Below, piece by piece: positions 19,114 to 28,785 of a stretch of DNA of 64,000 nt; the stretch's first letter is position 1; every line of letters starts with the position of its first letter. Below the pieces are notes generated by a model, which was not told the DNA's origin, made no database searches, and saw only the letters and a program-made list of their open reading frames with translations. Position numbers and translations under genes: made by a program. This stretch comes from Candidatus Latescibacterota bacterium (GTDB lineage: Bacteria; Latescibacterota; UBA2968): positions 320,001 to 384,000 of the forward strand of contig OZ244960.1 in assembly GCA_965222605.1 (NCBI GenBank), written 5' to 3'.

Positions 19114-20222
19114 TTCCCATTTTTCGTCCCTGGTTTGACAATACAGAAGTCGAAGCTGTCCGCGAGGTATTGATGTCCGGTTGGGTTGGGCCTGGGGAAA
19201 AGGTCGAAGAATTCGAAGCGCGATTTGCCCGTTATGTAGGGGCACAACACGCAGTGTCTCTCAACTCGTGCTCTGCGGCACTGCTGTTGGCCTTGAAAAC
19301 ACTGGATATAGAAGGGGGAGAGGTCATTACCACACCGCTGACCTTTGTATCGACCAATCACGCAATTTTGCAAAATGGAGCCACGCCGGTGTTTTGCGAC
19401 ATAGATTCCGAAACACTCAATATCGATCCAAAAGCAATTGCCGTTAAAATCACGCCGCGCACCCGAGCGATTATGGTCGTGCATTTTGCCGGACACCCCT
19501 GCGACATGGATGAGATTCTATCCATTGCAAACCAGCACGGGATTCCGGTTGTAGAAGACGCTGCACATGCCAGCGGCGCGCGTTACAAAGATCGGATGAT
19601 CGGCGGGGTAGGCACAGTGACATGTTTTAGCTTTGACGCGCGCAAAAATTTGTCAACCTGTGACGGTGGAATGTTAACCACCAACAATTCAGACCTCGCC
19701 GAACGCGCGCGAAAATTGCGCTGGATGGGTATCTCGCGTGGCACTTATGATCGGTTTCGGAAAAATGGCGCGGAGCGCCGATGGGAATACGAAGTGGGCG
19801 AACTCGGCTATAAATGCTATATGAACGATCTCAATGCGGCAATTGGACTGGTGCAATTGGGAAAATTGGAATCAGCTAATGCACAACGCCGAGAGATTTT
19901 TTTGGAATACGGACGTTCATTTGCCACCCTCAACTGGATGCAAACACCCGTAGAAAAACCCCATGTTCGCAGTGCTATGCACGCTTATGTGGCGCGCGTA
20001 TCCCAGCGCAATAAATTGATCGATCATCTGGGACAGCACAATATCGATGCGGGCGTACACTACAAACCCTGCCATTTATTTGAAGTGTACAAACCCTATC
20101 GCACAGACTTGCCCGTCACCGATGCCGTGTGGCGCGATTTGATCACGCTCCCACTATTTCCAAGTCTGACCGAGCGCGAAATTGGACAAGTCATCGAAGC
20201 CGTGCGCGACTTTCAACCCTAA
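19110..20222 (+). CDS. DegT/DnrJ/EryC1/StrS sugar aminotransferase
   Basis: EDAAHA, FSFDARKNL (PLP lysine), LITLPLFP; the ATG overlaps the upstream stop. Confidence 0.92.
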   Translation: MIPIFRPWFDNTEVEAVREVLMSGWVGPGEKVEEFEARFARYVGAQHAVSLNSCSAALLLALKTLDIEGGEVITTPLTFVSTNHAILQNGATPVFCDIDSETLNIDPKAIAVKITPRTRAIMVVHFAGHPCDMDEILSIANQHGIPVVEDAAHASGARYKDRMIGGVGTVTCFSFDARKNLSTCDGGMLTTNNSDLAERARKLRWMGISRGTYDRFRKNGAERRWEYEVGELGYKCYMNDLNAAIGLVQLGKLESANAQRREIFLEYGRSFATLNWMQTPVEKPHVRSAMHAYVARVSQRNKLIDHLGQHNIDAGVHYKPCHLFEVYKPYRTDLPVTDAVWRDLITLPLFPSLTEREIGQVIEAVRDFQP

Positions 20223-20230
20223 GGTATATT

Positions 20231-21835
20231 TTGACGCCTGTTATCTTATTTGGTATTACCGCGATTTCGGCGGCTTTGTTCACAGCGGTTGCGCGCCTGA
20301 TAGCACGCCGTTTTGATGCGCCCGACGCGCCTGTTTCAACTCTGGGCGGTACAGCTTTGCTGGCCGCTCTTTTTTTTGGCTTTTGGTTCTTGCCCCAATC
20401 GCTCCCTTTGGGTCTCCTTATCGGTGCCGTGGGAATGGCAGTCATCGGCATTTTAGACGACTGGAAGCCTTTTGTGCCGTTGTACAAATTTGCGTTGACC
20501 CTTGCGATTGCAGGCATTGCCGCATGGCTCGGTCCGCGTATCTATATCACAAATATTATCTGGATAGATGGCCCATTGACCGCGTTGTGGATGGTCTGGA
20601 TGTGCCATGCGTTCAATGTTCTGGACATGGAAGACGGTCTTTCGGCGGGCAGTGGAACCATTGCTTCGCTGAGTTTGTGGCTGATAAGCGCGGGCGATTG
20701 GGCACTCGTTACAGCGGGCGTACTCATGGGATATTTGCTACACAATTTTCATCCCGCCCGCATCCTGATGGGCGACACCGGAAGCCTGTTAATTGGCTTT
20801 CTGCTCAGTAGTATGGCTATTTCTGTCGCAAATCATATTGGCGGTCTCATGGGCGTCATCGGACCTTTGATCGCCCTGGGCCTACCCATCTTTGAGGCAG
20901 TATTTATCAGCGCAATTCGATTTGCCAAAGGCCGCTCCATTGTCCGAGCCAGCCGGGATCACGTTGCACAGCGGTTGGTGCAATGGGGGCTACCAGTGCG
21001 TGCAGCAGTTGCTCTGATGTGGTTGACAGGCGTTGTTTTGGGTGGTCTGGCCCTCGTATTCGCATTGGGGCACTGGATCAGTTTGGTTGGCGTTGCGTGT
21101 TTCGCCATCGGTGCGTGGAGGGGATTGTCGCGCGTGGATATGGAAGGCGATGGGTGCGATGGACGCCCGATTGGCCTATTTGGCAAAAACTGGTTGATAC
21201 ACCGCGCGATGCGTCAGACAATGGACGAAGTAAAAGGCCTTGTGAATGGAAAATTGCTGGATGCGGGATGTGGCAACAAGCCCTATGCCAGCATTTTTCA
21301 GGCGCGGGTGCAGCAATACATCGGCATGGAAAAAGGGCGTACGCGATATAAACACGCCGACGTATGGGGAGATGTGCTGGCACTCCCCTTTCGCGATGGG
21401 ACCTGCGATACCGTGTTGTGCAATCAGGTCTTAGAACATGTGCCGCAGCCCCAATTGGCGATTGACGAAATGGCGCGCGTATTGCGACCGGGTGGTTATT
21501 TGATTCTCACCGCACCCCATATTTGGGGCTTGCACGAAGTCCCCCACGATTATTTTCGCTTTACGCCTTATGGATTGCGCCATCTCGCTGAGGAATCGGG
21601 CCTGACCGTCCATACAACGCGCGCGCTTGCGGGATTTTGGATCACAGCCGGGGCGCGATTCTGTTATTATCTGGCGCGTTTTGAACGCGGTCCGCTAATC
21701 CCTTTTGTGCGCATTGGATTTTTTGCCATCCAACTCAGTGCCCTGCTTTTGGATCGCTTGCACCGCGTGGAGAGCGAAGCGTGGAATTTTCTGCTCATCG
21801 CACAAAAACGCGCAAAGAATTTATCCCATGAGTAA
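20231..21835 (+). CDS. WecA/MraY-family polyprenyl-phosphate sugar-1-P transferase fused to a class I SAM methyltransferase
   Basis: N-half GILDDW, FNVLDMEDGL, NFHPARILMGDTGS; C-half LLDAGCGNKPY, NQVLEHV, RVLRPGG, PHDYFRFT; one uninterrupted frame; TTG start is approximate. Confidence 0.8.
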   Translation: MTPVILFGITAISAALFTAVARLIARRFDAPDAPVSTLGGTALLAALFFGFWFLPQSLPLGLLIGAVGMAVIGILDDWKPFVPLYKFALTLAIAGIAAWLGPRIYITNIIWIDGPLTALWMVWMCHAFNVLDMEDGLSAGSGTIASLSLWLISAGDWALVTAGVLMGYLLHNFHPARILMGDTGSLLIGFLLSSMAISVANHIGGLMGVIGPLIALGLPIFEAVFISAIRFAKGRSIVRASRDHVAQRLVQWGLPVRAAVALMWLTGVVLGGLALVFALGHWISLVGVACFAIGAWRGLSRVDMEGDGCDGRPIGLFGKNWLIHRAMRQTMDEVKGLVNGKLLDAGCGNKPYASIFQARVQQYIGMEKGRTRYKHADVWGDVLALPFRDGTCDTVLCNQVLEHVPQPQLAIDEMARVLRPGGYLILTAPHIWGLHEVPHDYFRFTPYGLRHLAEESGLTVHTTRALAGFWITAGARFCYYLARFERGPLIPFVRIGFFAIQLSALLLDRLHRVESEAWNFLLIAQKRAKNLSHE

Positions 21836-24002
21836 TTTTGTCGCGTCCATTAAAGCCGATTTTAATAATCGGTACCCAAGTATCCACCATGCGATTGTGA
21901 AGCACTATTTCACTTCTATCACTATCCTGGTCATCTTCTTTGCCTTTGTCCTTCGATATTTCCAATTAAACATCGGTTTGCCCTATTTGTATTTCTGGGA
22001 TGAACCGCTTACGGCCAGCAACGCGCTTCAGATGATGAAAACGGGGGATTACAACCCCCATTTTTTTAAGTACGGTTCTCTGATGATTTATTTAAATCTG
22101 TTAGTTGATCAGTTATACCGTATTTATCTCTCACTCGCAGGCGGGTTGGCAAGCGTGGAAAATATACGCATTGAAGCCGATACGGGTTGGCATTGGACAA
22201 TTTCTCACCCGAGCTTTTATTTTTGGAATCGTTTTTTGACCGCCACAATGGGCACCGCAACAGTATTTATCACCTATTTAATCAGCAGGTCGATATGCAA
22301 CAGATGGACCGGAATCATATCGGCCTTTTTCTTAGCTGTTCTCCCGATCCACATTGTTCATTCGGGTTTTGTAACAATGGACGCGCCAGTCGCCCTATTT
22401 GTCGCGCTTGTCGCCCTATTCTCCATTTTGTTTATCGACCAAAAAAAAGTCATCTATTTCATATTGAGTTTAATATGTGTCGGGTTTGCCACAGCGACAA
22501 AATACAATTCGGGCCTGGCAATTTTACTCCCCATCGCATCGCTAATTTGGATGTCTTATCAAGATGAAATCCCGCGTCAAAAATTTTATTGGCTCGCGGT
22601 CCCATGCCTGCCAGCGGTGACTTTCTTTCTCATCATGCCCTACGCAATTCTCGACTTCCCAACTTTTATCAAAGACATTTTACATCAAATTACATACTAC
22701 AAAACCACGGGACACCCCGGCGCAACAATCAGCCCCGGATGGGATTATCTTGTGTTTCAGATACGAGAATTTTACCAAAACATCGGACTGACAGGCACCA
22801 TCCTGTTTGCAATCGGTCTGGCGGGGACAATTTCCCGACCTGTATTGCTCCTGATCTTATTATTTCCTGTGAGCTATCTTTTATTTATGAGCGGCATGAT
22901 CGTTAACTTTCACAGAAATTTTATACAGGTGTACCCATTTATCGCCGTCTTTGCAGGTATTGCGTTTTACAATCTGCATGCAGCATCGGCGCACTTTTAC
23001 CCAAAGCTCAAAAAGCCAATTCCGATTATATGTCTCGCAGCAGCACTCGTTTTACTGCCGCGCGCTTATGACGCTTATCAAACGGGCATAGTATTGCACA
23101 ACACCCGAGATACCAGAAGCGCGGTCATAGATACTCTCAACGCGATGGAAGATGTGCAAAAAGTCGTCTTTGCCAGAGAACTGCGTGTTCACAAACAAGA
23201 CCTCAATAGATTAAAATGCGACTATTCGGTACAACCTATTGGAATAATGAGCGCGGAACAAAATAAAGGCCGCACACACTATGTCTTGCCAGTCGAAATA
23301 TCTCAGATTTACACTTATCACCATGAGGAAATACAGATCAAACAAGCAATCATCGACAAAATTCACAGCGAGCATATTCTGCAATACATCGACAACAATT
23401 ACATAGAACAAAATATTGGAAAGAATTACATCAAACAAAATGCCGCAACCATGCTCGATGTATTTTCCACAAGCCCCTCGCTGATAATCGCAAATCAGAT
23501 ACCTCCTGAACCTTTGTATCCCGGCGTTATTGCATTTGATACCTGCAAGCTATCTCCCACAGGCGTGCAAATCAACATCCGCAATACCGCAACACTCCGC
23601 GATGGCGTCATAACAACCCCGGCTTACGACTTAGAACCCGGAAAATACCTGTTCACATTTCAAGCAAAAAAATCTGCAACATCAGAACGGTCACAAAGCT
23701 TTGTCTTTGGAGAATACGAAACGAGAATCACAGTAAAACGCCTGAGCGCATTCCGCGAACATGCGAGCATCGTGGTTTCCATCTTTGCGGACCAGACGCA
23801 CTTAACACAACAAATATTCATCCCAACCGAGAACTTCGCTCAAATGGACGCCTTTTTTTTACTTCCAAAGAACCAGCGCGTTTCGGTCCAAATAGAAAAT
23901 CTCCATGATATATCCGACCCCCTTTTACCTGTGAAAACAACAGTCAAACAACTAAGAATAGAGACAGTAAAAGATAATAAGGTAAGAAAGCCTGCCCCGT
24001 AG
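21828..24002 (+). CDS. GT-C (PMT/GT39-like) glycosyltransferase with a soluble C-terminal domain
   Basis: FWDEP, NPHFFKYG, ATKYN, many TMs, then a hydrophilic tail. Confidence 0.8.
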   Translation: MSNFVASIKADFNNRYPSIHHAIVKHYFTSITILVIFFAFVLRYFQLNIGLPYLYFWDEPLTASNALQMMKTGDYNPHFFKYGSLMIYLNLLVDQLYRIYLSLAGGLASVENIRIEADTGWHWTISHPSFYFWNRFLTATMGTATVFITYLISRSICNRWTGIISAFFLAVLPIHIVHSGFVTMDAPVALFVALVALFSILFIDQKKVIYFILSLICVGFATATKYNSGLAILLPIASLIWMSYQDEIPRQKFYWLAVPCLPAVTFFLIMPYAILDFPTFIKDILHQITYYKTTGHPGATISPGWDYLVFQIREFYQNIGLTGTILFAIGLAGTISRPVLLLILLFPVSYLLFMSGMIVNFHRNFIQVYPFIAVFAGIAFYNLHAASAHFYPKLKKPIPIICLAAALVLLPRAYDAYQTGIVLHNTRDTRSAVIDTLNAMEDVQKVVFARELRVHKQDLNRLKCDYSVQPIGIMSAEQNKGRTHYVLPVEISQIYTYHHEEIQIKQAIIDKIHSEHILQYIDNNYIEQNIGKNYIKQNAATMLDVFSTSPSLIIANQIPPEPLYPGVIAFDTCKLSPTGVQINIRNTATLRDGVITTPAYDLEPGKYLFTFQAKKSATSERSQSFVFGEYETRITVKRLSAFREHASIVVSIFADQTHLTQQIFIPTENFAQMDAFFLLPKNQRVSVQIENLHDISDPLLPVKTTVKQLRIETVKDNKVRKPAP

Positions 24003-24158
24003 TGCTTTTATATGGGGACCACCCTACCCCCTCTCACGTCTCACCGCCTCTCAAACTGTTGTAAAAATTCACACCTGTGCCATCGCGTCACATATCCCGT
24101 TTCCCCTCCTATTTTATATCCCATTGTAATTCAATAACTTAAAATAATTCACCCCAAT

Positions 24159-24174
24159 TGGCACGCCTTTTGCA
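24159..24174 (+). promoter_or_regulatory. sigma54 (-24/-12) promoter
   Basis: TGGCACGCCTTTTGCA matches TGGCACG-N4-TTGC with exact GG-N10-GC spacing, 45 nt before the next start codon. Confidence 0.7.
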
Positions 24175-24218
24175 TAATACTTTTATCGCAGACAAAAATC
24201 TCAACGGAGAAATGTGCG

Positions 24219-25577
24219 GTGAAACCTATTTACTACATAGTGCTTCTGATAGCGGTCTCTTTACACGGCTGCACTACCTATTCTCACTTTTCAGGCGACT
24301 TTCGCACGAGCCTGCGTGCGCGAAATTACGAAGACGCCCGTACAAAAATCAAAAAGTCGAGAAAAAGAGGCAACCAATTGCTCTATCTTCTCGAAAATGG
24401 CCTCCTCACCCACTATCAAGGCCACTACGAAACGTCCAACCGCTATTTTGCCGAAGCCGAGAGACTGTCAGATCGACTCTATACCCGCTCTGTTTCCCGA
24501 GAAGCCGCCGCATTTGTGACCAACGACGCCATACGCAACTACCGCGGCGACAGCTTTGAAATGGTTGCCGTTCACTACTATCGGGCACTGAATTACTGGT
24601 ATCTGGGCCTCCCTGAAGACGCCCTTGTCGAATGCCGCAAAGCCAATTTGAAACTCGACCAATACGCCATACACAATGGACAGACGAGTTACAAAAATGA
24701 CGCCTTCATTCACTACATCACCGGCCTATTTTACGAAGCCACCGGCGAATTCAACGACGCCCGCGTCTCCTATCAACACGCTCAAGACGCCTACTCACAC
24801 TACGAAAAAAAGTTCCACACCGCCCCACCTCAAACCGTCGCTAAAGATCTCGAACATGTAAATAACGTGCTCAACGGCGAAGGAACCGACATGCGTTTTG
24901 CTTCGCTCACCATCCCGCCCTTTGTACCGCCTGCAGGCAATGGCGAACTCGTGATCTTTTCTGAAATCGGTTTTATCCCCCGCAAAGTGCAAGAGGAAAT
25001 TGATCTGCCCATTTACGAAGAGGACATCAAACGTGGCAAGGACGACAAAATATCTTCCGTAGCCACCAAAATCTCACGCCGCCGTCACCGCGTATATCCC
25101 ATTCGCGATGTCGATTATTGGTTGCGCGTCACCCTTCCCAAATACGAAGTCATTGCCCCGCGCACAAAGCGCATTTTCATCCGCGCCGGAGATCGCATCG
25201 TTCAAACGCAGATCGCCCAAAATTATGCCGCGATTGCAAAAACATCGCTCAGTGATAACTACCCGAGGATTATGATTAGAACAATTGCGCGAGGATTTGC
25301 AAAATACCTGGCCCACCTCAAGGCCAAAGATGAAAATGAAGTCCTCGGTTTTTTCGTCAACCTGTTCAACATCTCAACCGAAATCGCCGACACGCGCAGT
25401 TGGGTCTCATTGCCACACAATATTCAAATCGGCCGCCTCGAACTGCCGCCCGGCACCCACACCATCACACTCGAAGCACTCGACATCAACGGGCGTATTA
25501 TCGAAACCAAAACATTTACCAACATCGAAATCAAACCCGGCCAACGCACGTTCTTGAATCACAGGATCTATCAATGA
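24219..25577 (+). CDS. COG3014-family TPR lipoprotein
   Basis: Lipobox SLHGC; LLYLLENG, YRGDSFE, DALVECRK, ADTRSWVSLP. Confidence 0.8.
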   Translation: MKPIYYIVLLIAVSLHGCTTYSHFSGDFRTSLRARNYEDARTKIKKSRKRGNQLLYLLENGLLTHYQGHYETSNRYFAEAERLSDRLYTRSVSREAAAFVTNDAIRNYRGDSFEMVAVHYYRALNYWYLGLPEDALVECRKANLKLDQYAIHNGQTSYKNDAFIHYITGLFYEATGEFNDARVSYQHAQDAYSHYEKKFHTAPPQTVAKDLEHVNNVLNGEGTDMRFASLTIPPFVPPAGNGELVIFSEIGFIPRKVQEEIDLPIYEEDIKRGKDDKISSVATKISRRRHRVYPIRDVDYWLRVTLPKYEVIAPRTKRIFIRAGDRIVQTQIAQNYAAIAKTSLSDNYPRIMIRTIARGFAKYLAHLKAKDENEVLGFFVNLFNISTEIADTRSWVSLPHNIQIGRLELPPGTHTITLEALDINGRIIETKTFTNIEIKPGQRTFLNHRIYQ

Positions 25578-25611
25578 TACGCAATCATCTCTATCCACAA
25601 GGAGGAACACA

Positions 25612-26424
25612 ATGAAACTTTTACACCGAAGCCTTTTGTTGCTGGTCCTTTTCAGCCTGTTGGTTTCAACAGCAAGCGCGGGGAAATCAGACCTGCCACC
25701 CACGCGGGGCATTGTCGTCAACCTCGTCGAATGGGACGGCGGGGAATTGCCCGCGGTTTATGAACGCACGGACCAACTCCCCTTCACCCGTGAGGACCTG
25801 TTGCAATTGGTACAAAGCGACTTTAAACCCGATCAAATCGCACAGATGATTTCCGAGCGACGCTATGCGGGCGATGCATCTGCCGAAGGACTGATCGCGC
25901 TCAAAAAAGCCGGTCTCGCGTCCGTCGTCATACAGGCCATCTCCAAACACGCGCTCGCACCCAATCAATCGCTCAACCTCACCATTTACTTGACCTTTGA
26001 CGGCAATTCCAAAACGGCGCGCCATCGCTTTCTCTACGTCATCATTCCCGACGGCGAGATCCAGCGCGTCTTCACCGCCGACTTAAACACAGTACTCGTC
26101 GGACAGTGGAAACAGGACACCCTGATCGATGCCACAGACCCATTGCTCCCGCGAAAAATTCGGCGCGTCACCTTCTCGGGAACAATTCCACTCAAAACAC
26201 ACGGCAGCAAAACCGTTCGGATTTTCACATCTTCGCGCCCGGGAATCCATCAAATCGATGAGATACCAGAAATAGACCTCTCACGGGTTCAAATATATCA
26301 AATGGATTATCCAGTCAGTTCACCCATTCAAGACTGCCGCGCCTACATTCGCTACAAACAGGATGTCGTGCTACCGGACAAATGGCACATGATTGACACG
26401 CGGATGGAATGCGAGTGGCGGTAA
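25612..26424 (+). CDS. Secreted hypothetical protein
   Basis: AGGAGG RBS, Sec signal peptide (ASA), 270 aa, within the operon. Confidence 0.7.
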   Translation: MKLLHRSLLLLVLFSLLVSTASAGKSDLPPTRGIVVNLVEWDGGELPAVYERTDQLPFTREDLLQLVQSDFKPDQIAQMISERRYAGDASAEGLIALKKAGLASVVIQAISKHALAPNQSLNLTIYLTFDGNSKTARHRFLYVIIPDGEIQRVFTADLNTVLVGQWKQDTLIDATDPLLPRKIRRVTFSGTIPLKTHGSKTVRIFTSSRPGIHQIDEIPEIDLSRVQIYQMDYPVSSPIQDCRAYIRYKQDVVLPDKWHMIDTRMECEWR

Positions 26425-26459
26425 GACACGCCTTTCACCTCTCATCAAGGAGCTACGCC

Positions 26460-27047
26460 ATGAAATTCATCACCTGGACAGCAATCGCCCTGATCGGTAT
26501 CACAACCGGATGCGTTGGTCCCAGAGCCTTTACAAAAGGGACGTATGAAGATCCCAAAACCATCGCCCTGCTCGACGACCGCTTTAACGAAAACGACATG
26601 CAACTCATCGCCAAAAAAGTCGTCGATTCAATCCTCGACGCACCATTGAATAGACTCGAACCCGCCATCATGCTCGGCAAAATGCGCAATCGCACCACCG
26701 AACACATCGACATGGTGGCTCTCTCCGACAAAATCAAAACCGCATTGATCCAGAGCGGCAAAGTGCGCTTTGTCGATGTCACCAACCGCAAAGACATCGC
26801 CATAGAATACGACTATCAACAATCGGGCTATGTCGATCCCACACAGGCCAAAGCACCGGGCAAACAGACCGGCTCAGACATGATCCTCACGGGCACACTC
26901 AGCGCGAATGTGCAGGAAGTGGGCAAAGACAAACTCATCTACTACAAAGCCACCTTCCAACTGACGGACCTGCTCACATCAGAAATTATATGGACCGATG
27001 AAAAAGAAATCCGCAAAGCCTACAAAAAGCGCAGCATTGGATTGTAA
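26460..27047 (+). CDS. Penicillin-binding protein activator LpoB-family lipoprotein
   Basis: Lipobox ITTGC; NRTTEHID, L.QSGKVRFV, IIWTDEKEIRK. Confidence 0.8.
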   Translation: MKFITWTAIALIGITTGCVGPRAFTKGTYEDPKTIALLDDRFNENDMQLIAKKVVDSILDAPLNRLEPAIMLGKMRNRTTEHIDMVALSDKIKTALIQSGKVRFVDVTNRKDIAIEYDYQQSGYVDPTQAKAPGKQTGSDMILTGTLSANVQEVGKDKLIYYKATFQLTDLLTSEIIWTDEKEIRKAYKKRSIGL

Positions 27048-27116
27048 TTGCGCAGGAGACCTGAGATTATTAGGTTGGAAGTTACGGATAGTTCTGATCG
27101 AGAAAGGAGCAAAACC

Positions 27117-27662
27117 ATGAAACATCTGTTATTCACACTCGCAATCGCCTTGCTTTTGGGCAGCAATGCCAGCGCGCAAACGGGTCGAACTGATGGAGCA
27201 GAAGAAAGCGAATTTGGCAAAGGGGGATACCCTTTTAGTGGCTCGAGCCATCGCGTCTATCTCAACACCGCCTTTGGCTCTGGCTTTTTCGACCTGACGG
27301 ACGTCAACAAAACGCGTACGGGATTTCTCTACGGCGTTGAACTCGGCGTCGAAATGGACCAGTGGCTCGGCATTCAGGCGGGCTATAATTATCTTTCCGA
27401 CCGCGATATGTCCATCTTCAGCCTCGGCTCGCGTTTCGCCTACGCCTTTGACCCCTTTGTGTACCACGTCTCCCTCAACGCCGGGCTATACGCGCCCAAT
27501 GAGGGCAGTCGCAACTTTGGCTTGGCACCCGGCGCTGGCATAGACATCGTCCTTCACAAAAGGGTGCGTATCGGACTCGACTACAAACACGACTTTATCT
27601 TCACCGACAACCGCATCACCGACATGGATCGGATTTATGCGGGCCTCAAATTCTTCTTTTGA
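27117..27662 (+). CDS. Small outer-membrane beta-barrel protein
   Basis: Signal peptide, alternating amphipathic strands, C-terminal YAGLKFFF. Confidence 0.75.
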   Translation: MKHLLFTLAIALLLGSNASAQTGRTDGAEESEFGKGGYPFSGSSHRVYLNTAFGSGFFDLTDVNKTRTGFLYGVELGVEMDQWLGIQAGYNYLSDRDMSIFSLGSRFAYAFDPFVYHVSLNAGLYAPNEGSRNFGLAPGAGIDIVLHKRVRIGLDYKHDFIFTDNRITDMDRIYAGLKFFF

Positions 27663-27671
27663 GCAAAAAAA

Positions 27672-27710
27672 GCAAGAGGCGAGAGAGCCAATTAGTCCCT
27701 CGCCTCTTGC
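27672..27710. terminator. Hairpin between convergent genes (probable terminator)
   Basis: GCAAGAGGCGAG..CTCGCCTCTTGC 12-bp stem preceded by an A-tract. Confidence 0.7.
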
Positions 27711-27752
27711 ATCTTAGCCATAGATTACAGCTCCGCGCGATCTCGCGATCAC

Positions 27753-28775
27753 CTATCCAAACACCTCACTCGCGACAAAAGCCATACCCAGCGCAGCGGC
27801 AGAATCGCCCGCGCGCGCCCATTCAAATCGCGTTGAAACAGCCTGAGAATCAAAGGGATTTTTGAGATAGATCGGCCACGACCCCTCCTCAAATCCCTCA
27901 ATCACCCACGCCATATACCGATCGCGAAAAGACGTTTCTGAAAGCCCCCCACCGATTACCACAAGCCCAGGATCGAATAACCGCACCCAATTCGCTATCG
28001 CATAACCCAGAATAAATGCCTGCTCCTTAAAAAGCGACACCGCGAGCGGATCTTCTCTTTCCGCGTAATCGCGGAGTTGATACGCCTTTTCTTCAATTGA
28101 AGCATCAGAAGCATTCAGCGCGTGATCTCTCCATTTATCTCCCGCCAATTCAATCTCAAGCCTGCGTCGCAGTGCCATAAGCGACACCCAGGCCTCCGCG
28201 CATCCCGTCAGACCACACGAACAATCTGGTAACTCCCCATCGGCCTCTCGAAATGGAACCGGAGCATGCCCCACTTCCAGCGCGAGACCATTTGATCCCT
28301 CGTAAATCTGCCCACCAGGCAAAACCAATCCGCCGCCCAGACCCGTTCCAGGCGCGATAAGCAAAAGCCCCGAGTCGCAATCCGGTCGCGTAGCATATTC
28401 ACCCGCCGCCGCTGCATTGCCATCATTTGTCATATACACGGGCACACCCGCACGCGCAGAAAACTTGCCGCGAATATTCGACCCCACCCAATTCGCACCC
28501 AGATTGGCCTGCACCCAAATCACACCGCTGCTGCTCGGCGCGGGCACATCCAGTCCAATACCCGCGATATCCGATTGCCTCATCCCAGCGCGATCCGTCA
28601 ATAACAACAGCGCTTCTTCAAGCTGTTCAAACGTAGCCTCATACCCATCTTTGACGCGGCTCGCCACCTCCACCATATCGCCCAATAAATTGCCAGAAGC
28701 ATCGACGAGAATAGACTTCACGCTCGTCCCCCCGATGTCCAAACCCGCAAAACAGCGCGTATCGCTCGCTCTCAT
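27753..28775 (-). CDS. ROK-family sugar kinase
   Basis: GLDIGGT, NDGNAAA, PGTGLGGG, EVGH, CSCGLTGCAE. Confidence 0.88.
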   Translation of the reverse strand: MRASDTRCFAGLDIGGTSVKSILVDASGNLLGDMVEVASRVKDGYEATFEQLEEALLLLTDRAGMRQSDIAGIGLDVPAPSSSGVIWVQANLGANWVGSNIRGKFSARAGVPVYMTNDGNAAAAGEYATRPDCDSGLLLIAPGTGLGGGLVLPGGQIYEGSNGLALEVGHAPVPFREADGELPDCSCGLTGCAEAWVSLMALRRRLEIELAGDKWRDHALNASDASIEEKAYQLRDYAEREDPLAVSLFKEQAFILGYAIANWVRLFDPGLVVIGGGLSETSFRDRYMAWVIEGFEEGSWPIYLKNPFDSQAVSTRFEWARAGDSAAALGMAFVASEVFG

Positions 28776-28785
28776 AACACCTTCC

